A stretch of 63,928 nt of DNA, filler included, from Octopus bimaculoides (Eukaryota): NCBI RefSeq assembly GCF_001194135.2. It is 6 parts of 6 records of this genome, joined end to end, with 100 filler letters (N's around TTAATTAATTAA, not from the genome) between each part and the next. Parts side by side here need not be neighbours in the genome. Positions count along the whole stretch, not along the records: positions 1 to 23,722 come from NC_068985.1; 5 more parts are not named here. One strand, 5' to 3'. The notes beneath the pieces are model-generated. The model made no database searches. It worked only from the letters and a program-made list of their open reading frames with translations, and was not told where the DNA came from. The position numbers and the translations under genes are program-made. This document shows, piece by piece, positions 1-11,692 of the stretch. Numbering within the stretch: the first letter of the stretch is position 1; every line of letters begins with the position of its first letter.

Positions 1-1900
1 ATATGTCTCGATTTCCTTTTAGGTGAGTTAGAGTAAATACTTTCAAATTTAAAACGATATTGTATCAAAGAAGGTTTCTCTCTTTCGTGTTAGGCTTCAT
101 GTGTAGTAGTCATTAATATATGGTGCGATTCCTTATTCCTCGCTAGCAACGTGCTTCCTTTATTCCATCATATTTTACGTTTTTCAGGTGTACAATACAA
201 CGTTTCTCGATCTTTTACTTTCTGCGATTTCTAACAACTTAGCATTCATGTTTACATTGCTACTAGGATATAACGATATTGTGTTTGCTTATTTTAATTG
301 ATCTTTTGTGTCACGTTGTTATATTTAGCAACTTTATCGTGAATGCTTTATTAATATAATTTAAAGGGAAACCTCAACTGGCAATTACAGATAGAGTTCT
401 AAGCGAATTGTAATCCTTTAAGATTCCAATGAGATTTTATTACCTGTTGATCTACACATTCCATTGTGGAATATTTTACTGTTCTACATGTTGCTATGCA
501 GGTTCAAGGACACGGAAGAAGCATTTAAAAAAAGTTGTTTGTTATTTATGCTCGGCTTTACATCACTTATCATGGGTATTTCTGTTGCATATGTTTCATT
601 CATTTTTACCTTGGATTTTACGTACGTTTATATCGTGATATAATTTTTAGTTTTAATTTGTGAGGGATACAATATTTTGCCTTATTTTTAAGGATAGTGG
701 AATGTATTAATCACAGTTCGGGATTTTCGGTTTTGTTACGTTGCATGCATCTTATTTTGAGTCTGTATAATTTAACAAAGCTACCTGCTTAAGACTTTCA
801 GTCTCCAGCTACACAAAAATGAATGAGTTTCAACGAGGCTACGCATATCGGCTCATTATATTTATTTATTTTAACATAGCAATTTATTCTGCTTGAGCTA
901 TTTCAGAAACTGACCGCAAACTAATTATATACAGCAATTTGTAAATTTTAAACAGTGAAAACGCACCGGATAGAAAATTTCAATTCATTTCTAGATATGC
1001 ACACTTGATCAATAAACTGGTTTATCAGTGTTAACTCTACCTAGGTATTTTTAGTGTCTTCCTGTCTGTTTCAAAATTATTGTTACCTCGGTTTTTTTTC
1101 CGTCCTTGTTTTCGTATACATTCGCTGCTTTGTTTCAAGGAATCTAATGCTTTTAGCTTAGTTTTTCCTTGGGGCTGGCCGGATTGGAGCAATCTCGAGT
1201 ATAACCAGCCGAAATTGCAAACATAATCTGGAACACGATTGAGGAAAGGAAACTCCAATTAACCCGTCCTTGTTTTCTTTGTATCGTCTATCTGGAAGTG
1301 TTGTTGTCCCTTTCTGGTATCACGTAACTGTCTGGATGTTTTGCGTTCTTGTCCCATATATATATATATATATATGACCTATAGTAAACATTCGTTGCAA
1401 AGTATCATTCAAAATTCAAACCTCAATCGTTTATAAGTCATTGGCTTTTCGGATAAATTTCTTACTTATAATGATTTGTATCTATATTTACCACACCACT
1501 TGTTATGACTAAATCATTGTAACGGTCAACATTTGTCTTGATTTTCTCTTTCACGTATTCCAATTGCAACACGGGAAATAACAGAAGCCTTTCCGTTGTG
1601 AATATCCCAACTTTTATGTGCTTTCGAAGATTTTTCTTTCACTTGAATATAAATGTTATCGCTTCGGATGAAATAATTCTCTTTACGCAATTTTCTTATT
1701 TCAAAAGATATAGATGTTCTACTTTCAAAATTAATACGTGACCGTAAGAATAAATAACAATACTTCTTTCCGTTGTTTGCACAAATCAGCACAATCGAGT
1801 TGAAAGAAACCAACAAAATTGGCTCCTGTACTGAAATTTGGCAATGAATTCAATCCCGGCATGATTTGATCGCCGAAAATGTTAGTTGTTCGAAGCTGTA
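1..1900 (-). mobile_element. Highly decayed Penelope-like element, N-terminal/RT region (fragmented)
   Basis: Manual minus-strand translation gives VRNLSEKPMT (~1438-1465) followed by GLNF (1411-1422), like the PLE motif NLSxxxLT..KGLNF. It also gives GFPLNYINKAF (341-373), like the post-RT GYPxxxIxKAF motif. Many stops and frameshifts; no YxDD seen. Confidence 0.4.
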
Positions 1901-1959
1901 ACTATCTTGCAATGTCGTTACATTAATAATATTATTAAATGATCTTGAATGCTACCGTC

Positions 1960-2160
1960 TGGCAGAATCGTTAGCACGCCGGGCAAAATGTTTAGCGACA
2001 TTTCATTCGTCTTTATGTCATGTGTTCAATTTCCGTCGATGGCGACTTTGCTTTTCATTATTTCGGTTTCGATAAAATGAGTAACAGTTAGATAGTAGTA
2101 GGAAAGTTGATCAAATCAACTTAACCCCTACCCTCGACTTTTGCTTGAATTTGGAACCAA
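1960..2160 (+). mobile_element. SINE family A (ggcagaatcgttagc head), diverged copy
   Basis: Starts ctggcagaatcgttagcacgccgggc and aligns by eye with copies at 49895, 32690, 58455 and 7378. Confidence 0.75.
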
Positions 2161-2185
2161 TTTTATTCAATAATCTTTTCTTTTA

Positions 2186-2530
2186 TAGGTACACTGCCTG
2201 GAAATTGTGAGGAGTGGGCCAGTCTACATCGTCGACCATACTGATCAAATGGTGTAATGATTATTTGCCAACATAACATGACAGTCATGGTTTAGGACGA
2301 ATGTTGCTGTAATTTAACCCCAAGAGATATCATTTCCTGTGGCTAAGTTACAGCAACATTCGTCCAAAACCAGGACTGACATGTTACGTTGGCAAATAAT
2401 CTTTACTCCAAAGTAGTGTTGCTGAATATCTCTCGTTGAGAGATTTACAAATAGTAATTTTCTAATCAAATGATGTTCATTTTTTTATCCCTGAAAGAAT
2501 GGAAAGGAAAGTTGATCCATACAGTATTTT
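2186..2530 (-). mobile_element. SINE family A, diverged, interrupted by a palindromic insert
   Basis: 2186-2255 matches the reverse-complemented SINE A tail, and 2480-2530 (tttatccctgaaagaatggaaaggaaagttgatc) continues it. Confidence 0.55.
2259..2401. repeat. ~143-bp foldback with ~62-bp arms and a ~18-nt loop
   Basis: Left arm gattatttgccaacataacatgacagtcatggtttaggacgaatgttgctgtaatttaaccc is the reverse complement of the right arm with about 7 mismatches. Confidence 0.9.
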
Positions 2531-2699
2531 GCACCAGTATCTTGCAAAACATTTCGTCGGACATGCAAAGGATTTAGGATACAAAAGTGCATTCATTAAC
2601 AGGCTGAGCTCATTTCTTTGACAGGAAAGACGAAACAGAATTTCGTGAAGATCCGTAAAACGAATTCAAATCCCTCAACAATTTGCCAGCAAACAGGGT

Positions 2700-3340
2700 T
2701 TTAGCATCATTCGAGTATAATTTTTAAGATATCAAAGTCAGGAGATACTCTAGGACACGCAGGAAACTCCAAAGAAAACCCAATGAATTACTCAAGACGT
2801 TAAGGATCGCATCTCATCAAAATCTGTGGACCAAATCGGTAATCCCTACAATGTTCATATTAACAGATACACATAACGTATAACTAAGCAATTGCAGACC
2901 AAATAGCTCTACTGATAGAACGGGAAAATATAATGTAACATGAAACTGTAAACGAAAAGCGGAATGTGGGTTTACCAACAACTGCATCATAAAACTATTG
3001 GTGAAAGCGGGTCCACGGATTTACGTGTAACTTGGTGATACTGGAGACATCATGAAACGTCGTCTGTGCAACGATCGTATGTAATTTTCCATTGTAAACA
3101 AAGAGTATGCTATACATCACTCTCTAACCCTTATCTGGAGGCTCTAATAGAATGAAGTGTAGCATATGACCCACTGGTTTGTTGTAAAAAATGCTGCACC
3201 ATAACACTTAATGTCACAGGTGTGCAGCTTATGACAAGAGGAAACCCTGCATTTCATCACACCCAGAGAAAATATAATTAATGGACTCCCCGAAGTTATT
3301 ATATCATGTAAGCATAAAGGAAACGTATCATTCCTAGAAT
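2700..3340 (+). mobile_element. Penelope-like element, GIY-YIG endonuclease C-terminus (pseudogene)
   Basis: Translates CKRKAECGFTNNCIIK (~2947). From 3022 it reads YV*LGDTGDIMKRRLCNDRM*F...LIWRL...HWFVVKNAAP*...CSL*QEETLHFI...IINGLPEVIISCKHK. This matches the PLE pattern YxGxT..FKxR..NH..SF..IWxLK..WxI..A.PY..CxLCxxEK..LNKRSE..CxH. Confidence 0.75.
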
Positions 3341-3509
3341 TCTAAAAAAATCATTCGGTAACTAAAAAAAGAAACATTTTTAGCATATGATAGAACACGC
3401 CATCAACTTAACAAAATGTCCACTATTTTCACTTGCTTTATGCTGTACCATTATAACACCTAACATTATTAAAATGTCACTTTAAGAAAGTATCATTTTT
3501 TCAATTCAG

Positions 3510-3646
3510 ACAGTGACCTCCAACAAATGGATGGAGGCTGTTGTGGCTGCACTAACTACTTTGAATTCATTGATGAAGGGATTGCTGTGAATAAGATCGA
3601 ACCAAAGAACTCTACTACCCATCCTGACAACAGCATATTCAAATAG
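3510..3646 (+). CDS. Candidate exon, product and frame uncertain
   Basis: Acceptor ttttttcaattcag|, non-repetitive and more GC-rich than its flanks. Phase 1 reads (D)SDLQQMDGGCCGCTNYFEFIDEGIAVNKIEPKNSTTHPDNSIFK* (stop ends 3646). Phase 0 reads TVTSNKWMEAVVAALTTLNSLMKGLL* (stop ends 3590). Confidence 0.35.
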
Positions 3647-5365
3647 CAAAATAAGAACAACAGCACACACTACCATCATATTACTACCATTCTTTCCTTT
3701 CTTTCCATCACATTCCACCGCACCCAATCGAATACACACCAAAAGGCTCACATACACCAATGAAACTTTTCATTGGTTGGCACACAACACTCAGTTAAAT
3801 GCCCAGTAATGCCATATCACCCGAAGAAATGCGTGCATGAACATGATCTCCTCGATCTCCTTGGATAATACAGACGACGCTGTAATGATACTAAAAATGC
3901 GGACAATGATGTTGAGAAACATGAAATTTGTAGAAACGAATGTAGCGATGCATTAAAATGTGTATACATTCCTTCCAAGTATTGTTATTATTATTACTAT
4001 ATTTATCATACATTATATTGGGACATTGTAACCGGCAGAGTAGAATACGAACATTTATATACGTACTCAAAACGTTTCCATTAAACGAACTTCAAGGACA
4101 TATACATACATACATACATATATATATATATGTATGTATGTATGTGTATATGCATATATTTATATATGTATATATATATATGTGTGTGTGTGTGAGTTTA
4201 TATATTTGCGTGTGCATGTGTGTGTATGTGTATGTATGATATAAGTGTACACACAGACGAACAACATGCAAGAAAGCATGCACACGCAAACACACACACA
4301 ACCACACACATATGTGCGTACTTATATATACATATTTGTGAGTGTATAGATGTGTGCCCGGCTGTGTGTGTATTTATATGTGTGTTTGTGTTTGTGTAAA
4401 AAAGTTAGGGAGCTAGGAGGGGAGTTACATATTTGTATTCTAATTTTAACGTTGCCATAGAAACTCAATAATGACTCTGAATCAAAGAGCAAACACTTAA
4501 ATCTCCAACGTAGAAACCATAGAATAAGCATATGAAGCCTTGTTTGAGCTAATAGATCCAGAATAGAAAACCATATCTNNNNNNNNNNNNNNNNNNNNNN
4601 NNNNNNNNNNNNNNNNNNNNNNNNNNNNNNNNNNNNNNNNNNNNNNNNNNNNNNNNNNNNNNNNNNNNNNNNNNNNNNNNNNNNNNNNNNNNNNNNNNNN
4701 NNNNNNNNNNNNNNNNNNNNNNNNNNNNNNNNNNNNNNNNNNNNNNNNNNNNNNNNNNNNNNNNNNNNNNNNNNNNNNNNNNNNNNNNNNNNNNNNNNNN
4801 NNNNNNNNNNNNNNNNNNNNNNNNNNNNNNNNNNNNNNNNNNNNNNNNNNNNNNNNNNNNNNNNNNNNNNNNNNNNNNNNNNNNNNNNNNNNNNNNNNNN
4901 NNNNNNNNNNNNNNNNNNNNNNNNNNNNNNNNNNNNNNNNNNNNNNNNNNNNNNNNNNNNNNNNNNNNNNNNNNNNNNNNNNNNNNNNNNNNNNNNNNNN
5001 NNNNNNNNNNNNNNNNNNNNNNNNNNNNNNNNNNNNNNNNNNNNNNNNNNNNNNNNNNNNNNNNNNNNNNNNNNNNNNNNNNNNNNNNNNNNNNNNNNNN
5101 NNNNNNNNNNNNNNNNNNNNNNNNNNNNNNNNNNNNNNNNNNNNNNNNNNNNNNNNNNNNNNNNNNNNNNNNNNNNNNNNNNNNNNNNNNNNNNNNNNNN
5201 NNNNNNNNNNNNNNNNNNNNNNNNNNNNNNNNNNNNNNNNNNNNNNNNNNNNNNNNNNNNNNNNNNNNNNNNNNNNNNNNNNNNNNNNNNNNNNNNNNNN
5301 NNNNNNNNNNNNNNNNNNNNNNNNNNNNNNNNNNNNNNNNNNNNNNNNNNNNNNNNNNNNNNNNN

Positions 5366-5475
5366 AGATTGCTCGTGAAATAAAACGTGTTGCCCAAGGA
5401 CACAACACGTCGCCGGAATTTGAACTCACAATCTTTCAATCGTGAGTCGAATGCCCTAACCACGAAGCCACACGT
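5366..5475 (-). mobile_element. tRNA-headed SINE fragment
   Basis: gaaataaaacgtgttgcccaaggacacaac...gaatttgaactcacaatc...ctaaccac is similar to 27360-27470. Confidence 0.65.
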
Positions 5476-6307
5476 CGTAATGTTGTCACTGAACAGGTCG
5501 CAGCCTCAAAGCGACGAATATATTTTGGCAAATTAAATTTAAATATTGAAGTGAATCTAACGGGTTTTTCTGTGTGTTTTGTGTGTTTGTTTTTCAAATG
5601 GCTTATAAACACCTTCCACGCTGCAATTGTTCTTGTTTCAGCAAACGATCTCAGGTCAGGTAACTTGCTATATATACATATAAGAGACAAACACATTTAT
5701 ATAGGTGTCTGTGTTCGTGTATATCTATGATTAAGAATGTGTGTATGCATTGATACGTGTATATGTATGCATGTATGCGTGTACATATATGATGTATGTG
5801 TGTATGTGTATCTAAGTGTGGGTCTCATTGTAAACGGAAACTTGTGTGATGTATACTAATTCCGAGTCAGAAATTGCTAATACCAAAAAAAAAAAGGATA
5901 AAAATGCTTTCTTCTATTTTAACTTTGTAAAATATTTTAAAAATATATCATAGCATTAAATTAGTGTATTACTACGGTACATATCTCAATCATTCATACG
6001 GGAGGTAATGTTATGCCAAGGAAATTGATGATGTCATCCTTTTCAAGTTGGCTAAAATATTAATAATGATCTAAAGGAAAACTCATGTTAAGAGAAGTGG
6101 AGAAGAGGTGACGGCGAAACAGCTAAAACGAGAGATATAGAGCCATACCTTTCAGCTCATCTATTACACACACAGGAACAGATACCAACACGCACTAACG
6201 TAAACGCACGCGCAAACGCTGATGCGCAGGGCGAATTTTACGTTCGGACGTATGTGTGTACACACATGTTTATGCATGCTTACATATATAAATATGCATA
6301 TAGACGC

Positions 6308-6347
<40 letters not shown>

Positions 6348-7377
6348 GCATGCATATATATTAACATATATATATTCATATATATATATATGTATATGTA
6401 TGNNNNNNNNNNNNNNNNNNNNNNNNNNNNNNNNNNNNNNNNNNNNNNNNNNNNNNNNNNNNNNNNNNNNNNNNNNNNNNNNNNNNNNNNNNNNNNNNNN
6501 NNNNNNNNNNNNNNNNNNNNNNNNNNNNNNNNNNNNNNNNNNNNNNNNNNNNNNNNNNNNNNNNNNNNNNNNNNNNNNNNNNNNNNNNNNNNNNNNNNNN
6601 NNNNNNNNNNNNNNNNNNNNNNNNNNNNNNNNNNNNNNNNNNNNNNNNNNNNNNNNNNNNNNNNNNNNNNNNNNNNNNNNNNNNNNNNNNNNNNNNNNNN
6701 NNNNNNNNNNNNATATATATATATATAAATGAGTGCTTGTGTGTGTGTGCATATGTTTTTTGTAGGTATAGACGTGAGAGTGAGTGTGTTTGGATGTATG
6801 GACATGAATGTGCATGTATATGTAAATGTCTATAAAATAAAACGATATGAAGAAAATGTAAGAGGACACAGTTGATGTGTTGTGGGATAATACGAGCATT
6901 TGAAGATAAAATAATGCATCAATGCTTTGATTCGCAGCCTGTGACATAGAAATATTCCAGCGCAAAGTAAACCATGAACCATATAACAGTAACACACCAC
7001 AACAACACATATGTGCGTATGTGTGTGTTTACGATAATGCTGTATAGTATAATATATTTAATCGACTTTTATACATTATCTGTCCACAGGAAAATGCTAC
7101 CACTTGATGCCAGGAAGAACGTTGAAAGAATATTGTACAATGAGTAGAATCAGTTAAGTTGAAACGCATCCAGGAATGGCAGTAAGTTAGGTCAATTCGA
7201 CGCCTGGCTAAGTTAATGGAACTACATAGAAACCATTTCTTGCTGCTTTCACTCACTGTCTGCTATTAAAAAATATACATCACCGTAATTGGCTCTATCA
7301 ATATAATATATACATATGATATATACTGTCCGCCGCCTTCCAATACCTTGTTCATTGATTTATCCTATTTTTTTCCT

Positions 7378-7585
7378 ACTCTAGACATAAGGCCTGAACG
7401 TTTAGGGAAAGAGGCCAGTCAATTGGATCGACCCAGGGCGAAACTGGTATTTAATTTATCGAACCCCAAAAGGACGAAAGGCAAAGTCAACCACGACGGA
7501 ATTTGAACTGAGATTGTAAACACAGACGAAATACTGCTAAGCATTTCGCCCTGAGCGCTAACATTTCTTCCAACTCGGCACCTTA
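7378..7585 (-). mobile_element. SINE family A
   Basis: Reverse complement of the ggcagaatcgttagc family (gaaaggcaaagtcaacc...ggaatttgaactgag...cagacgaaatactgctaagcatttcgcc). Confidence 0.8.
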
Positions 7586-7989
7586 GCTTTAGATATTATC
7601 ATTTTCTAATCTAGGCACAAGGCCCGAAATATTCGTCTATTCTTCTCTCATCAATGGCTGACGCTTTCCTTTCTGACTCTTTCTCATGTGCATCTGTAGC
7701 GTTGGAGAAATCATCAGGCTTACTTTACTCCGTATTTATCTCTTTGTTTCTACATTTTTGGTTCAAAGTCACAAATTAACCAGTATGATTCTAAATAATA
7801 ATTAACGATTTCATGACATCGTCATTTATTTAGTGTCCTCCAGATGTGTTTAGAACTATTTTTAATGATTTAAACATAATTTAATATCACAGTATAGAAT
7901 GTGTATCAACTTCATATCGTAGTTAATCATTTACCGAAGAAACCGTTTATTTTCTTGCCCATAATTTTTAGCTGTATTCTACATAACTG

Positions 7990-8220
7990 ATGTTTCTCTT
8001 TTCTTTTCTTTTTTTTCCGTCTTTCTTTCTCTCTTTCTTCCTTTCATTCTTTCTTTCTCTCCATCTCTCTCTCTCACACTGTCCCTCTCTCTGTATCTTG
8101 ATCTTTCCATCTCTCTCTGTCTTATTCTCCCCTCCCTCTCTCCACCTCTCTCTCTCTCTCTCTGTCTTGTTCTCCTCTCCCTCTCTCCACCTCGCTCACT
8201 CTCTCTCTATCTCTCTCTTC
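7990..8220. repeat. CT-rich simple repeat
   Basis: Degenerate (CT)n/(CTTT)n tract. Confidence 0.9.
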
Positions 8221-8989
8221 GTTGATGTCGTATCTTCATAATGTGGCAATTCCTACAGAATGTCCAAATTGATATGTTAAAATATCCAAACATTTTACAG
8301 ACAAAAGCAATATAATCACATAAATAGCGTAATAAAGATCCCAGAAGATATGGTAAATTCCAGAGAAACTTAAAGTATGAGAGATTCTCTGGTTGATAAC
8401 CTCCATTAAATCAAACATATATTTTTGTATAATTTCAATAAAGTATTCACATTATAAAATTTAATCAAGATTCGTTTTAAATTTGAAAAGCTCTTCAAAA
8501 AGAATTTAGATTGCAACACAAACACCGCTATTATTGGTTTTCATCGAGTTTAAATAATAAAAAAAAAAAGATTCCTTATACAATTTTCAAGAATGTTTAT
8601 CTCTTTTAATATTTTTCTTCTTCAAAATTATTTAATTTTATATTTACAATGTTATTTATTATTTCACTTGTATTACTCTTTTTAAAATATTTGACTGACA
8701 GTCACCAAAATTTTGATTTTAAAGACAGTTTTGGAAGTCTAAGATGAATATCTCATGGTTTGATTTCATTCGTCAGTATTAATGGCAAGCATTTCTTTGA
8801 ATAATTCAACTATTGGAACTGAAATATTCGAAATGTTGCTAAAAGTAAAATGTTTTCCTATGATTAGATTTCTGTAAAATTACAAATACATGTGAATGGG
8901 AATTAATTGAGAAAGTTTATATATATAAATATACATGTAGTTGCGTACAGAAACATATATACAAGAATATGTTATACCGTTTATAATAA

Positions 8990-9130
8990 TATTGAAAAGA
9001 ACTTAGGAATGAGAACCCAAGTTCGAAATTTCTCCAAGATACCTGATAAAGGCTGGGGAGTACATCAGCCGAAACGTTGTGTTCACAACAAACACTATGA
9101 GGACAAATATCCGTCAAATAATCTAAATAA
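8990..9130 (+). mobile_element. Short PLE-terminus-like element with a mutated hammerhead core (copy 1)
   Basis: taggaatgagaacccaagttcgaaatttctccaagatacCTGATAAaggctggggagtacatcagccGAAACGTTgtgtt...gaggacaaatatccgtc is homologous to 47885-48030 (-) and 21751-21810. Confidence 0.75.
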
Positions 9131-9134
9131 TGTA

Positions 9135-9190
9135 CGTATTACTGTTGTTGCTGATATTATTACTATTGTTGTTGTTGCTATTGTTATTGA

Positions 9191-9262
<72 letters not shown>

Positions 9263-9290
9263 TACTACTATTGTTGTTGCTGCTGCTGTT
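9135..9290. repeat. (ATT)n/(GTT)n microsatellite
   Basis: Directly visible. Confidence 0.95.
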
Positions 9291-9364
9291 TATGTTACGT
9301 TTTATCATTTTAAGCATAGCGGACTTGCACCCTGCATCCTACGGTAAAATGTTATTCATTATTG

Positions 9365-10450
9365 TCAGCTATATATTACCTTCCTGATTATTCTGCTCGT
9401 GGAAAGAAGGCAAACTTTCAACAGTTCTACTGGGCACCTTATTCCAATGTCTTTTATATTCCTCTTGATGCCGTCTGATACTGTTCCAAAGGACCCAACA
9501 ATACTTGGCAGCATTTTCACCTTCTCCATTTTCCATAGCCGGGCTACTGCGTACTTGTGAGAGTTGTATTTAACTATCTTTTCACCTTCCTTCTTGACTA
9601 TTCGTGGGTCAAAGGAACATGCAGCATTAACCATATGTGGTGCATCTTGTCTACCACCGCTAGGTCCGGTCTGTTCTGCTCTAGAACCGGATCTGTTTGG
9701 ATTGCTCGTCTTCGACCCCACCATTCTCTGCGCTTTCTGCTCATACGTGTCTTCTCTCTCTAGACCCCTGTTTTCGCACAGTTTCCACTGTAGCAATTTT
9801 GCTACCTGTAAGTATTACCACAGCTTGTAGCGGTTTGGAAGAAGTGTAGGAAATTCGTTCGTGATATGGGAAGATGCGGCACAGCGGTGACACTTGGTCA
9901 TTGCTAATGTTGACTCTCCAGTTCGTGACCAGTGCTTGGTCTTGCACTGCTAGTATAGTGCCCTCATCTACATTTCTTCCTAGGATATAACTCAAAGTAT
10001 CTATCCTCATCTTTCACCAGGACCTGAACATGGTTCTCGATCCTGGTGCACGCCTTTCTCACCTAATGCCTGCGAAAAGGAATCATCAATCACTTCCTTT
10101 ATCTTGACCATAATATATATGTGACAGTTTAGTGCTCCTCACACATAGTTATCCGTAGAATTATAAATAGAATTAGTCGACAGAATCTGTTGTTGGTATT
10201 GTAGAAATTCTCCGACAACAAATTCTGACTTTATTTAGAGATATGGCGTACAGCCGAATCCTTCTGCCACACTTATGGCTTGGCAGCAAAGGCAGGTTTT
10301 GAACACAATCCCAAACAGCTTCACGTACCGGTATGAATTGTGCCTAAGATCATTTTCCAAAATGTGGTGAGTACTTGTGTCATGCGGGCTCGCATAGAAC
10401 ACCTTTATTTGCCTTTCTTGCTGGTCACAACTTTTTATTCTCTGTTACCC
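9365..10450 (-). mobile_element. R4/Dong-like (restriction-like endonuclease) LINE, 3' part, pseudogene
   Basis: Minus ORFs read EGTILAVQDQAL.TNW...SPLCRI (start of the CCHC knuckle), VAKLLQWKLCENRGL, and NAACSFDPRIVKKEGEKIVKY...ARLWKM..IVGSFGTV...ELLKVCLLSTSRIIRKV. These fit the RLE domain and C-terminus of R4-clade LINEs. An (AAT)n tail follows. Confidence 0.85.
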
Positions 10451-11661
10451 TTGTCCGTGTCACGTGTTACAGTGTTTCAGTGTTCACAGAACATTGAGTA
10501 GCAGTTGTAATCTCTGGATTTATATTTTCGGCGCGAATCACCATGATACAGTNNNNNNNNNNNNNNNNNNNNNNNNNNNNNNNNNNNNNNNNNNNNNNNN
10601 NNNNNNNNNNNNNNNNNNNNNNNNNNNNNNNNNNNNNNNNNNNNNNNNNNNNNNNNNNNNNNNNNNNNNNNNNNNNNNNNNNNNNNNNNNNNNNNNNNNN
10701 NNNNNNNNNNNNNNNNNNNNNNNNNNNNNNNNNNNNNNNNNNNNNNNNNNNNNNNNNNNNNNNNNNNNNNNNNNNNNNNNNNNNNNNNNNNNNNNNNNNN
10801 NNNNNNNNNNNNNNNNNNNNNNNNNNNNNNNNNNNNNNNNNNNNNNNNNNNNNNNNNNNNNNNNNNNNNNNNNNNNNNNNNNNNNNNNNNNNNNNNNNNN
10901 NNNNNNNNNNNNNNNNNNNNNNNNNNNNNNNNNNNNNNNNNNNNNNNNNNNNNNNNNNNNNNNNNNNNTATATATATATCTGCACGCAGATGTTATTTCA
11001 CCACACAAACTATACTTTTTTTAAATCCCCTAAAAGTATATGCTTTATAATGTCCACTACTCCAATATATCTTCAACAAACAATACTCTCCATAATATTA
11101 TATTCCTTTGCATATGAAGACATTCATACTTTTTCCTATGCGCTGAAACCAGAAACTCCTCTAATTTAATACAAACCAAATCTAATATATCAAAACTAAA
11201 AAAAAATGCTGTTACCTCGACATCAATGTCTATGTCGCCATCTTGTTTTTATTGAAATGGAGATGGCATTTTTTTTTCTGTTTGCATAAAACTGGTTGCT
11301 GTGATAGCTCTGGCACTCTATGTAGTTTTGGTGGGTGAAAATGATTGAAAGCAGATTTATTAGATCACTGCTTTGCTGCAAAGTAATCTTGAAGTTGGTT
11401 TTGTGAATGTTTAAAATCTTAATCAGTTCTCCCCCATGGAAATATCTCCATAGCAACGAGTTATATTAGACATGATCAAACAATATATACGTAGTGAGAA
11501 AATATATCAAAGATACAAATAATGCACATACACACAAGTATTTATATACATATGGGTGTGTCTATATACATATATATTAATGTGTGAACATGCTTATGAG
11601 AGTATGAGTGCATATATATGTGTGTGTCAGTAAAACATTTCACACTGCTGTCTATATTTAT

Positions 11662-11692
<31 letters not shown>

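Noticed and set aside
3506-3760. Minus ORF with a hydrophobic stretch (MVYVSLL...)
   Set aside because: Starts at TTG, has no splice support, and is antisense to the better-supported + acceptor at 3510.
3644-3763. Possible readthrough of TAG CAA into a further open stretch
   Set aside because: The context only partly matches CARYYA, and the extension is low-complexity and unsupported.
4497-5463. Long ORFs made of X (and all similar gap-spanning ORFs)
   Set aside because: Open only because N runs contain no stops.
7655-7720. CUGAUGA...GAAAgcGUC on the minus strand
   Set aside because: Stem I does not pair and stem III is neither a hairpin nor a palindrome.
8236-8418. Minus ORF with a TM-like segment (FWDLYYAIYVIILLLSV)
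   Set aside because: Short, AT-rich, no splice signals or family motif; expected by chance.
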